This document shows, one piece after another, positions 9,585-18,718 of a DNA stretch of 64,000 nucleotides. The notes under the pieces are model-generated. The model saw only the letters and a list, made by a program, of their open reading frames with translations, did no database searches and had not been told where the DNA came from. The stretch covers positions 84,879 through 148,878 of the forward strand of contig BTWA01000014.1 in NCBI GenBank assembly GCA_045863295.1. The letters are read 5' to 3'. Position 1 is the first letter of the stretch, and each line of letters opens with the position of its first letter. Origin of the DNA: Candidatus Hydrogenedentota bacterium. Its GTDB lineage: Bacteria; Hydrogenedentota; Hydrogenedentia; Hydrogenedentales; SLHB01. A program made the translations under genes and the position numbers.

Positions 9585-10898
9585 GTGCACGTACCAAAGA
9601 CTCGCTCCGGGCTCGTTTTGGTTCTTCTTTTTGTTGCCTGTGCGCCTGTTCTGGCGCAAGAACTGCAGGCGGGTACGGCCGTTCGGGACATCACTCCGCA
9701 GAGCCCTGTGCCCATGTGGGGTTATGGGGATCGTCATGCGCTTTTGTCCAAAGGGGTCATGGATCCTTTGTATGCAAAGGCCCTGGTTCTCGAGGCAGGC
9801 GAGGCGCGAATAGCCATTGTAACCACGGATATTGGCCGCGCCCCTACTGAAGCGATTATGCAACGGATTCGACCGGCTGCGTTGGAGAAGGCGGGCGTGC
9901 AACACGTCCTCATTTCCGGATCACATACGCACCACGGGCCGGTGATAGAGATGATCGACGAGGCTGGGAAGGGCAAAGGCACGTTTGACGCCGCCGTAGC
10001 TTATACCAAGACATACGAGGCCGCGCTGATTGATGTCATTGTGGAGGCCGCCGGAAACCTGGAGCCTGCCCGGATCGGCTACGGTTCCAGCCAGGTGGAC
10101 CTGAACCGCAACCGGCAAGCGAAGGTGGAACCCAAACCGCGGGAGACTGAACTCACGGTGGTTCGAGTTGACGCTGCAACTGGAAATACACTGGCCACCA
10201 TCGTCAATTTCGCGGCACACCCGACCATGCAGCCGGGCGAGGATCTGCGATTTTCAGCGGACTACTGCGGCTGGATGATGAAGACTGTGGAGGAATCGGT
10301 TGCCGGCCAATGTATGTTCGTACAGGGCGCCGCGGGCGACATGTCTGTACAGGCGCCCCAAGAGGCGTCCACGCCAGAGTTGTATGGCAAGGTATTGGCC
10401 GCGGAGGTACTCAAGGTCGCGTCCGGCATACAGACTACCTCTCCTGAGACTCCCAGCATCCAATTCACTGAGCATACGTTTGAAGGTAAGTCGCGCGTGG
10501 ATTTGGCCAATCCAATGATTCAAACGCTGTTGAAGTCTGCATTTTTTGACGAGTTTGTTGAAGCGTTCATGGTGGAGCTTCGTGGCGAAACCATTCGGCC
10601 CGTGTTATCCACGGCGCTTATCAACAGGGAAATCTACTTTGTGGGCGTTTCCGGTGAATTTTTCAGCAGTCACTCGGTGCGGTTAAAGCAGCGGATTCGC
10701 GGCGCTCAGGTCGTTTTTCAAGGCTACTGCAACGGCCACCATCTGTATTTTCCCACCATTGAGCAGGCCGCCCAAGGAGGATACGGGGCGGATGCCACTG
10801 TGTCGTGGGTGCCCCTGGGTATGGGTGAAGAAATGATGAACCAGGCAGTAATCGATTATTACACGATGCGCGGGGAGTTGAAGTCCGGCATGCCATAA
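9585..10898 (+). CDS. neutral/alkaline non-lysosomal ceramidase-family amidohydrolase, secreted (paralogue 1)
   Basis: Signal peptide; DITP, DPLYAKALVL, SHTHHGP (Zn ligands), NFAAHPT and QGAAGD motifs. GTG start at 9585 chosen from the GGAAGG RBS (ORF track starts at 9534). Confidence 0.85.
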   Translation: MHVPKTRSGLVLVLLFVACAPVLAQELQAGTAVRDITPQSPVPMWGYGDRHALLSKGVMDPLYAKALVLEAGEARIAIVTTDIGRAPTEAIMQRIRPAALEKAGVQHVLISGSHTHHGPVIEMIDEAGKGKGTFDAAVAYTKTYEAALIDVIVEAAGNLEPARIGYGSSQVDLNRNRQAKVEPKPRETELTVVRVDAATGNTLATIVNFAAHPTMQPGEDLRFSADYCGWMMKTVEESVAGQCMFVQGAAGDMSVQAPQEASTPELYGKVLAAEVLKVASGIQTTSPETPSIQFTEHTFEGKSRVDLANPMIQTLLKSAFFDEFVEAFMVELRGETIRPVLSTALINREIYFVGVSGEFFSSHSVRLKQRIRGAQVVFQGYCNGHHLYFPTIEQAAQGGYGADATVSWVPLGMGEEMMNQAVIDYYTMRGELKSGMP

Positions 10899-10911
10899 GA
10901 AGGCGAGGGCT

Positions 10912-12258
10912 GTGGAGATGACGGTAAAGGCGGCGCGCCTGTGCGTGCTACTCATCGCAGTCACGACATATGTTTGGAGCGAAGAAGTGGAGAAGCCTTT
11001 TCGAGCCGGCTTCGCGAAACGCGACATCACGCCGTCCGAGTCCGTTCCCTTGTGGGGCTATGACGCTGAGAATCGCCCGGACAATTTATCCAAAGGCGTT
11101 CTTGATCCCTTGAATGCCAAGTGCGTGGTCATTCAAGCTGGAGATAAGAAGCTCGCGATTGTAGGGCTCGATCTTGGCCGTGCTCCTAATGAACCCTTGA
11201 TCAAATCTGTGCGGGACGAAGTCTCCGGGCAATACGGTATTGACTTCCTTTTGCTTTGTGCCTCGCATACGCACCACGGTCCGGCCATGGAGTTTGAAGA
11301 CAGGGACGGTTATGGCCGGGGCCCGTTTGATGCCTCGATCCGTTACTATAAGGAATTGCGGCAAAAGCTGGTTGATGTCATTGGCGAGGCTTCCACAGCA
11401 CTTACAGATGCACGAATTGGTTTTGATACGAAACAGTGCTTGCTGAATCGAAACCGTCACAGTCAGATAGAGCCGATCCCGTGTGATCGCGATCTCACGG
11501 TTATCCGCATCGACGATGATGGCGGGAACATTCTCGCGCTACTGGTGAATTATCAGGCGCACCCTACCGTGCATCCGCCGCAGAACAACAAGTTCACTGC
11601 GGAATTTCCCGGCGTGATGATGGCCGCTGTGGAAAAAGAATTGTCGACCAACTGTATTTTTATCCAAGGCGCGGCCGGTGATCTGCAATGCGAAATGGAC
11701 GACGACTTGTGGGGAGAGAAAGACTTCATACAAGAGATTGGACTGGCATTGGCAAAGGAAGTGATTGATATGGCCCCCGGCATACAAATAACCCGTCCGG
11801 CGTCGCCTTCGCTGGTGGGCGATCGCAAACGGTACACGTGCTCCCTTCGCCTTGATTTCAGTCAACCGGGGCTACGCGAAATGTATGCCGGCGCGTTCAC
11901 ACCGGAACTTACCAACTGCTTTTTTGATAAATATGCCGATGGCGAAATGCACCCCCGGTTGTCGACAGTGTTGTTGAACGACAATCTGTACTTTGTCGGC
12001 GCCTCCGGGGAGTTTTTCTGCGAACATGCACAGAATCTTAAGAGCCGTATCCGCGACGCGAAAGTCGTGTTTGCGGGATATTGCAATGGTCACGACATGT
12101 ATTTTCCCACCATTAAGGGAGCGGCGGAGGGCGGCTACGGCGCGGATCCGGGTGTTGCGTGGGCCGCCTTGGGCACGGCCGAACGGATGATGGACGATGC
12201 CCTAATACAGTTCTATAAGTATCGCGGAAGATTCGAAGATTCGGCTCTTAATCCATAG
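10912..12258 (+). CDS. neutral/alkaline non-lysosomal ceramidase-family amidohydrolase, secreted (paralogue 2)
   Basis: Same motif set as the upstream gene (DITP, SHTHHGP, NYQAHPT, QGAAGD, GYCNGH, GGYGAD); signal peptide. Confidence 0.85.
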   Translation: MEMTVKAARLCVLLIAVTTYVWSEEVEKPFRAGFAKRDITPSESVPLWGYDAENRPDNLSKGVLDPLNAKCVVIQAGDKKLAIVGLDLGRAPNEPLIKSVRDEVSGQYGIDFLLLCASHTHHGPAMEFEDRDGYGRGPFDASIRYYKELRQKLVDVIGEASTALTDARIGFDTKQCLLNRNRHSQIEPIPCDRDLTVIRIDDDGGNILALLVNYQAHPTVHPPQNNKFTAEFPGVMMAAVEKELSTNCIFIQGAAGDLQCEMDDDLWGEKDFIQEIGLALAKEVIDMAPGIQITRPASPSLVGDRKRYTCSLRLDFSQPGLREMYAGAFTPELTNCFFDKYADGEMHPRLSTVLLNDNLYFVGASGEFFCEHAQNLKSRIRDAKVVFAGYCNGHDMYFPTIKGAAEGGYGADPGVAWAALGTAERMMDDALIQFYKYRGRFEDSALNP

Positions 12259-12372
12259 TCCCCCGCCGACGGGAATGTTGTTGGGCAGTTGATCGAACCT
12301 TTCCCTTCATGCGATAAATTCGCCTGTAGCTGTGGTATTCTGAGTACACTCGTAATGGCAAGGCAGATTCGC

Positions 12373-15300
12373 ATGACATTTCCGCCGTTTTCCGGTTGTT
12401 ATTCCCGCCGATTCCGGCTCATTCCGTTGGCCGTCCTTGTGTGTGCCTTACTGGCATTTCCGCGCAGTCTCCCTGCGCAAGGGTACTCTCCCGAAGACGC
12501 TCCCAAGCACATGACCTTGCCGGATGGATTTGAGGTCAGTCTGGTAGCGTCTGAACCCCTGATTACGCAGCCTGTTGCCATCGAGTTTGATGACAAGGGC
12601 CGCCTGTGGGCGGTCCAATACATTCAATATCCCAACCCGGAGGGGCTTAAGCGGGTCAAGGTGGATAGGTACTCGCGCACCACGTACGACAAAGTGCCCG
12701 AACCACCTCCCCACGGACCGAAAGGTGCCGATTGCATTACCATCCTGGAAGACACCGACGGGGACGGCCGTGCCGACGCGGCCAAGAACTTTGTCGAAGG
12801 GTTGAATCTTTGCACCGGTCTTGCGTTCGGTCACGGCGGCGTATATGTCATCAATGTGCCCTATCTCTTGTTTTATCCCGATCGCGATCGGGATGATGTG
12901 CCTGATGGCGATCCCGAAGTGCTCGTCAAGGGGTTTGGAATGGAAGACGCCCATTCTGTAGCCAATTCGCTGACGTGGGGACCAGATGGTTGGCTGTATG
13001 GATTGCAGGGAAGCACTGTGACTGCAAACATCGACGGCATAGAGTTTCAGCAGGGCATTTGGCGATTTCATCCCGTGAGAAAGCAATTTGAACTTTTTGC
13101 CGAAGGCGGCAGCAACATGTGGGGAATGGATTTTACACCTGAAGGTCATCTTATTACGTGCACCAACTACGGCGGCTATGTGGCACTCCACGCCGTCCAA
13201 GGCGGTTACTACTGGAAGCAGTTCGGCAAGCATGGTGCGCTTCATAACCCACACACCTACGGATATTTTGAACATCTAACGCACGATCAACCGCAAGGAG
13301 GGCACGTAAACGTCGGCGGCGTGATATACGAGGCCGACGCTTTCCCTCCGTCGTTTCAGTGTAAATTCATCGCGCCCAATCTGCTATCGCACAATGTCTA
13401 TTGGCAGCGTCTCGAGCCCAAGGGGTCGACCTTCGAAACTTTTCACGAAGGGGAATTGTTGAACAGCAACGATACGTGGTTTGCTCCTTGCGACATGACC
13501 CTCGGGCCCGATGGGGCGCTCTATGTGGCCGATTGGAACGACCGGCGCACCGCACATCCCGATCCTGACGCGGAATGGGATCGCAGTAATGGGCGCATCT
13601 ATCGTATTCAGGCAAAGGGTGCTCAGAAAGTTGAACCCATTGACGTAGGGGCTATGAGCGGGGGCGATCTGCTAAATCTTCTGAATCATCCCAACAAGTG
13701 GTTCGTGCGGCGTGCGCAGGTGAATCTGGCCAGTCATCCCGACGAGTCGCTCCGGGAGCGTCTGACCGCGGACGCATTTGAAAATGAAGACGAACGGCTG
13801 GCGCGAAACAGCTTTTTTGCATTGTACGGCAGTCTTGGGTTGGATGATTTGGCACTGCAGCGAGCGCTTCAGAGCAGTGACCCGGTCTACCGTCGTTGGG
13901 CTGTCCGTTATGTAGGCGACTTGCCCGTACCGGATCTGAACCAATTGGCATGGATTGGCGCCCTGGCTCGTGCCGAGACGGATCCGCACGTCGTGAGTCA
14001 GCTCGCATCCACGGCGAAGCGCATCCCGAGGCTTCCCGGATCGGAGATTGTGCGCGCTCTTATCGGTCGCGATGCCGGCACCGGGGACTTGCACATCCCG
14101 CTCTTGCTCTGGTGGGCCGTGGAATCGCAAGCGATAGAATCTGCGGACCGTTGGGTGGCGTGGGCGGTCAAGGCGTCCGGCGAGGCGGGCAATGCGCAAA
14201 CACAATTCTTGCTGCCGAAACTTGTCCGCCGCTTTGCCGCTGACGGGACCGAGAAGGGTGACTGGGCCTGCAGCCAATTGGTTGCCGCTGGAGACCGTGC
14301 GGCGCCCTCGGAGACAATCCTTGCCGCCATTGATGACGGCCTTCAAGACCGCGTAACCGCAAAACCCGATGAGGCCATGGGAACGCTCTTCGCCAACTAT
14401 GCCAATGCAGAGACCGGGGTATTGGCGGCGGCCGGGGCCATTCCGGTGAGCGAGGTTCTTGGCAACGCACTGAACGAGGTGTGGCTCAACAATCCGGACA
14501 ACGTGCTGGTCATTCGTATTGCCGTACGCATCGGGCTTCAAGGGGCATTGTTGAAAGCGGTCAACTTCGCACTCAATCCGTCATTGCAGGAAGAGACCCG
14601 CGCCAAAATGGTGGATGTCATTGGGCGTTTTGGATCCGCGAGTGCCGCGCCCGCGTTGTTGAAATTGGTTTGGAGCGAGCCGTTGCCTGAACTTCGCAAC
14701 GCGGCATTGAACGCCCTGGTGCGCAATCCCGATCCCTACTCCGGCGACACATTGCTCGCGGTATACGATGCCTCTGACGAGGCGTTCAGGTCGCGGCTGC
14801 GCGACGCGTTTTTTTCACGGCCGGACTGGGCCCAATTGTTTGTGCGCAAGGTTGAGTTGGGCGGCATTCAGGCTTCGGACGTGCCCCTGGACCAAGTGCG
14901 CGCACTGGCCCGGCACGAAAATCCCGATCTCCAAGCGCTTGTTGAAAAACTGTGGGGCCGCGTCCAGGCCGGTACTCCCGAGGAGAAGCTGGCGGAAATG
15001 CGCCGCATGAATAACGAGCTGAACCTGGCACAGGGTGACCCGGCCAAAGGCAAGAAGGTATTTGCCGAGCAATGTGCGAAATGCCACACCTTCTTTGGAG
15101 AAGGCGCCCAAGTAGGACCTGAATTGACCCAAAGCAATCGGATGGATCGCGAGTTTCTGCTCGCAAGTCTGGTTGATCCCAATCTGACCATTCGCAAGGA
15201 GTATCAGCAGTTCATTATCGATATGAATGACGGCGCCATGTACAACGGCCTCATTGCCGAGCAGACTCCCGGCAACATCGCGATTCTCAATGCCAACGGC

Positions 15301-15468
15301 GAGCGAGTGACGCTTCCCATGGGCGATGTGACTGAGATTCGCGAAGCAGGCATATCCCTCATGCCCGAAGGGTTGCTTGCGGCGCTTACGGGTGACGATG
15401 TCCGGAATCTGTTTGCGTACCTGCAAAGCCCTGATCCGGCCGCAATTAGTGTGGCTTCGGCACATTAA
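12373..15468 (+). CDS. PVC-type haem-binding CxxCH membrane-associated dehydrogenase (beta-propeller + HEAT repeats + cytochrome c)
   Basis: LPDGFEVSLVASEP, ILEDTDGDGRAD, LTWGPDGWLY and GPDGALYVADW propeller motifs; helical repeats; C-terminal CAKCH, GPELT and SLMPEGL. Start uncertain (12289-12373). Confidence 0.9.
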   Translation: MTFPPFSGCYSRRFRLIPLAVLVCALLAFPRSLPAQGYSPEDAPKHMTLPDGFEVSLVASEPLITQPVAIEFDDKGRLWAVQYIQYPNPEGLKRVKVDRYSRTTYDKVPEPPPHGPKGADCITILEDTDGDGRADAAKNFVEGLNLCTGLAFGHGGVYVINVPYLLFYPDRDRDDVPDGDPEVLVKGFGMEDAHSVANSLTWGPDGWLYGLQGSTVTANIDGIEFQQGIWRFHPVRKQFELFAEGGSNMWGMDFTPEGHLITCTNYGGYVALHAVQGGYYWKQFGKHGALHNPHTYGYFEHLTHDQPQGGHVNVGGVIYEADAFPPSFQCKFIAPNLLSHNVYWQRLEPKGSTFETFHEGELLNSNDTWFAPCDMTLGPDGALYVADWNDRRTAHPDPDAEWDRSNGRIYRIQAKGAQKVEPIDVGAMSGGDLLNLLNHPNKWFVRRAQVNLASHPDESLRERLTADAFENEDERLARNSFFALYGSLGLDDLALQRALQSSDPVYRRWAVRYVGDLPVPDLNQLAWIGALARAETDPHVVSQLASTAKRIPRLPGSEIVRALIGRDAGTGDLHIPLLLWWAVESQAIESADRWVAWAVKASGEAGNAQTQFLLPKLVRRFAADGTEKGDWACSQLVAAGDRAAPSETILAAIDDGLQDRVTAKPDEAMGTLFANYANAETGVLAAAGAIPVSEVLGNALNEVWLNNPDNVLVIRIAVRIGLQGALLKAVNFALNPSLQEETRAKMVDVIGRFGSASAAPALLKLVWSEPLPELRNAALNALVRNPDPYSGDTLLAVYDASDEAFRSRLRDAFFSRPDWAQLFVRKVELGGIQASDVPLDQVRALARHENPDLQALVEKLWGRVQAGTPEEKLAEMRRMNNELNLAQGDPAKGKKVFAEQCAKCHTFFGEGAQVGPELTQSNRMDREFLLASLVDPNLTIRKEYQQFIIDMNDGAMYNGLIAEQTPGNIAILNANGERVTLPMGDVTEIREAGISLMPEGLLAALTGDDVRNLFAYLQSPDPAAISVASAH

Positions 15469-15482
15469 AGAGGTTGACACCC

Positions 15483-16541
15483 ATGCAAATCCCAGCCATT
15501 GCCATTGCGGGTCTTCTTGTCGCGCTACTGGTGAGTTTGCCGTGTGGCGCCGAAGAAGTGCGCGTCTACGCGAACACGCTTACGCGCATTGAGAATCCCA
15601 AGCCAATCCTGGCCGATCATCCGGAATACGTATCGCCCATCGTGGAGGAGGCTCACTATGAAGCGCCGGCCATCGTCCAGGATGAGAATGCGGATTTGAA
15701 CGTCCGGGCATGGCGATTTTCCTATAATGCGCGCGGGATCATCGAAATGCCCAATCATCTGTGCGGCGCGCAAACGGCTATCGTGGTAGTCCATCCCTGG
15801 GGCATTGACGATTCGAATGGCTGGAAGACGCCGCAGCCCGCGGGTGTCGCCGATTTCTGCACACCAATCAAGAATCATCTTGCTCATGGACATGTCGAGA
15901 AGATCCTGAATCCGTTTTTGCTTGCCATGCGGGACAAGGTGGGCATGGTGCTATATAGCCAGCCGGGAAAGGAAGATCCGATTCGCAAGATGCTCTACCG
16001 ATCCGTGCATGGCCGGCCCACAGAGGCCGAGCATGCGCAAGGGAAAATAGAGCTGCACGCCAAACTGAATAGTTTCGACTATACCGGCGAGCCCATTGTG
16101 CCGGAATTGAAATTGAACGCGAATACGCCGGTAATTGATTACTTCAAGCAATTTCCGGGTCTGGATTCGGGACCACGATACAATCGCGAGGGATTCTGGC
16201 AATTGCCAATTCCCATCATCGATGCAATCAAGTATCACCCCGACGACGTCATGATCTACGACGCGGAGGGCTATGAAGTCATGCGGGATTTCCTCAAGTT
16301 AAACGGCATTCGCCATATCCTTCTCACGGGTTATTGCACAGACATGTGTTACAAGTCGACAACGGCCGGATACGAAAATCTGTCCAAGGATTTCAATGTG
16401 TTTTTGGTGGGTGACGCAACCTTGGCCACATTTCCCGCCAATACCACCCCCGCGTTTGCTACCAATGCATCCCTCTCGTTCGCTGCTTTGAACCAATTGG
16501 TGACGCAGATTTCGTGGATTGAACCCGCAGGCAAGGAATAG
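15483..16541 (+). CDS. secreted isochorismatase/cysteine-hydrolase-fold protein (atypical active site)
   Basis: Signal peptide; TAIVVVHPW, GIRHILLTGYCTDMCY and VFLVGDAT match the isochorismatase-fold layout. Confidence 0.7.
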   Translation: MQIPAIAIAGLLVALLVSLPCGAEEVRVYANTLTRIENPKPILADHPEYVSPIVEEAHYEAPAIVQDENADLNVRAWRFSYNARGIIEMPNHLCGAQTAIVVVHPWGIDDSNGWKTPQPAGVADFCTPIKNHLAHGHVEKILNPFLLAMRDKVGMVLYSQPGKEDPIRKMLYRSVHGRPTEAEHAQGKIELHAKLNSFDYTGEPIVPELKLNANTPVIDYFKQFPGLDSGPRYNREGFWQLPIPIIDAIKYHPDDVMIYDAEGYEVMRDFLKLNGIRHILLTGYCTDMCYKSTTAGYENLSKDFNVFLVGDATLATFPANTTPAFATNASLSFAALNQLVTQISWIEPAGKE

Positions 16542-16574
16542 GTGAGTTTGCCTGCTTGATCTGGGAGATAGAAC

Positions 16575-17390
16575 ATGAATCGCCGCACGTTCATGGGATC
16601 CATCGCCGCCTCGGCTTTTGCGCCGTCGCTGATTGCGGGCGCAGCACCCAACGATCGCCTCTGGAAGGACGGCAAGACGTGGGTCTATTCCATCACCTAT
16701 GACGAAGGCGCCGCGGATCTTTTCAAGTATGCTGTTCCCCTGCACCGGCAGTATGGCATCCCCGGTCACATCGCGCTGGTCGCGTCTCAGGTGGGTGTAC
16801 CTCGAAACGTGCCGGGCAGCACCTATCACGGCATGATGATAGTCAGCAAGGAGCAATGTCAGGAATTGGCAAAAGAGGGGTGGGGATTCTCTTGCCATTC
16901 GCTTACTCACGCCAGCACCAACGACGATAACGCGCAAAGCGAAGTGGTCGAGGCCAAGGGTGTGCTGGAAAAGGCGCTGGACATGCCCATCACGATTTTT
17001 ACCGTGCCGGGGTCCAACGACGCTTATCCGCCGGCCCTGAAAGTCGCCGCCTCCGCGGGTTACAAGGCTATTTTTACCATCTACGACAAGGTCAACACGT
17101 TTGAGACGGACCTTATGAATCTTGGGCGTGTCCCGCTGCACACCGAGTACCCCGGCCCGTTCTTTTCCGTTTTCGATCCCTACAAGCGCATTCATCAGGC
17201 CATCGATCTGCACGGGTGGATCGTCGACTACTGCCATTGTCCCGTTCCCGACAAACCGTTGCATCCTGCGAAAGACTGCACCTCGCAAGAACTCGAGGCG
17301 CGATTCGAAGCAGTAAAACGTATCGGCGGAGACGATGTGTGGCTGGCCGATCCGAATGAAGTGATTGACTGGTTGCTGAATAATGCGTGA
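16575..17390 (+). CDS. Tat-exported polysaccharide deacetylase (CE4/NodB-like)
   Basis: MNRRTFM twin-arginine signal; SITYDEG and GWGFSCHSLTH NodB-type motifs. Confidence 0.85.
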   Translation: MNRRTFMGSIAASAFAPSLIAGAAPNDRLWKDGKTWVYSITYDEGAADLFKYAVPLHRQYGIPGHIALVASQVGVPRNVPGSTYHGMMIVSKEQCQELAKEGWGFSCHSLTHASTNDDNAQSEVVEAKGVLEKALDMPITIFTVPGSNDAYPPALKVAASAGYKAIFTIYDKVNTFETDLMNLGRVPLHTEYPGPFFSVFDPYKRIHQAIDLHGWIVDYCHCPVPDKPLHPAKDCTSQELEARFEAVKRIGGDDVWLADPNEVIDWLLNNA

Positions 17391-17444
17391 GGCCATGCTA
17401 ATTTCGGAAACGATCGAACCCTTGCGGCCCTTACCCCTTGCCGG

Positions 17445-18680
17445 ATGCCTGTCATGAATCTCATCAATCAGATCGTTCAGGCGCAACTTGCCGAACCGTT
17501 GCCCAATCCCTTTCCTCGCACCATCGGCCCGAATGCACTGAAATACGTGCAGGAAGTTGTTGAGTCCGGTCTGACGGTCGACATGATTGGACGCTTCGAA
17601 CAGGCCTTCGCCAAGGAAATGGGGGTCAAGTACTGCATTGCAACCCCCGGTTGCACGGCGGCCTTGCACGTGCTGATGCTGGCATCCGGCTTTAAGCCGG
17701 GCGACGAAATCATTGTGAGTCCGATCACCGATTACGGCACGGTGCAGGGCTTGCTTGCGGAAGACCTGGTGCCCGTGTTTGCCGATACCGAACCGGGCAG
17801 CATCAATTTTTCGGCCCGTACCATTGAAGCGTGCGTCACGCCGAGAACGCGCGCCATACTCTGCGTACACAAGACCGGCATCATTAACGATATGGATCCC
17901 ATCAATGAGTTGGCGCGCAACCACGGGCTAAAAGTATACGAAGATGCTTGTCAGGCGGTATTTGGCGAATACAAAGGCCGCCTTGCGGGAACACTGGGCG
18001 ACGCCGCTTGCTTTTCATTTGATGCGGAGAAGACCATGGGATCCGATATCGGTGGCTGCATGGTTACCATCGACCCCGAACTGTACGAGCGCGCGCGTTT
18101 TGCCGGCCAGAACAGGGCCGGTGTGATGAAAGCCCATTTCGGGCGCACGCACACCGAAGTAGGTTACGCCTATCGAATGCCCAATTGTACCGCTGCCATT
18201 TGCCTGGCCCAGCTCGAAGTCATCCGGGAGCAAGTTGCCCACCGCGACAAGATGGCGCGGCTGCTGCTGCAGAAGTTGGGGGAGATCCCCGGAATTACCC
18301 CGCTGCAAATTCCCGACTATCTCAACGTGTTTTCCTGCTGGATGATGGGATTCAACATCGATCCCGCGGCGTTCAATTGCACGACGGAGGAATTCGCCTT
18401 GACACTTGCCGATGCCGGTGTGCCAGGGGCGGGCATTGCCAACTACTACCTGATGGCGGACGGGCTTGTTCTGCTTCATGATCGCCGTGGGCAGTATCCG
18501 TACAGCGTTCCGCCCGCATCCAAGGAACCGGTATACGGTGAGGCGGTTTGTCACACCGGGCGGGAGTTCTTAAGAACGTTCATCCGTTGGTCGTCGTTTT
18601 GCGAGAAGTATCAATCGCATCACTGCGAGCTTGCAGCCAATCTGGTTGCACACGTGGCGGAAAAATACCGCAAAGCCTGA
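17445..18680 (+). CDS. DegT/DnrJ/EryC1/StrS family PLP-dependent aminotransferase
   Basis: FEQAFA, GCTAALH, PGDEIIV, PVFAD, EDACQA and FSFDAEK (Schiff-base Lys) motifs. Confidence 0.92.
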   Translation: MPVMNLINQIVQAQLAEPLPNPFPRTIGPNALKYVQEVVESGLTVDMIGRFEQAFAKEMGVKYCIATPGCTAALHVLMLASGFKPGDEIIVSPITDYGTVQGLLAEDLVPVFADTEPGSINFSARTIEACVTPRTRAILCVHKTGIINDMDPINELARNHGLKVYEDACQAVFGEYKGRLAGTLGDAACFSFDAEKTMGSDIGGCMVTIDPELYERARFAGQNRAGVMKAHFGRTHTEVGYAYRMPNCTAAICLAQLEVIREQVAHRDKMARLLLQKLGEIPGITPLQIPDYLNVFSCWMMGFNIDPAAFNCTTEEFALTLADAGVPGAGIANYYLMADGLVLLHDRRGQYPYSVPPASKEPVYGEAVCHTGREFLRTFIRWSSFCEKYQSHHCELAANLVAHVAEKYRKA

Positions 18681-18718
18681 TTCTAGGCCGAGAGGCCGAG
18701 TGGGGGAGAATCGAGTTC

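Noticed and set aside
16299..17924. 541-aa minus-strand ORF
   Set aside because: Antisense to three well-supported plus-strand genes; no recognisable domain.
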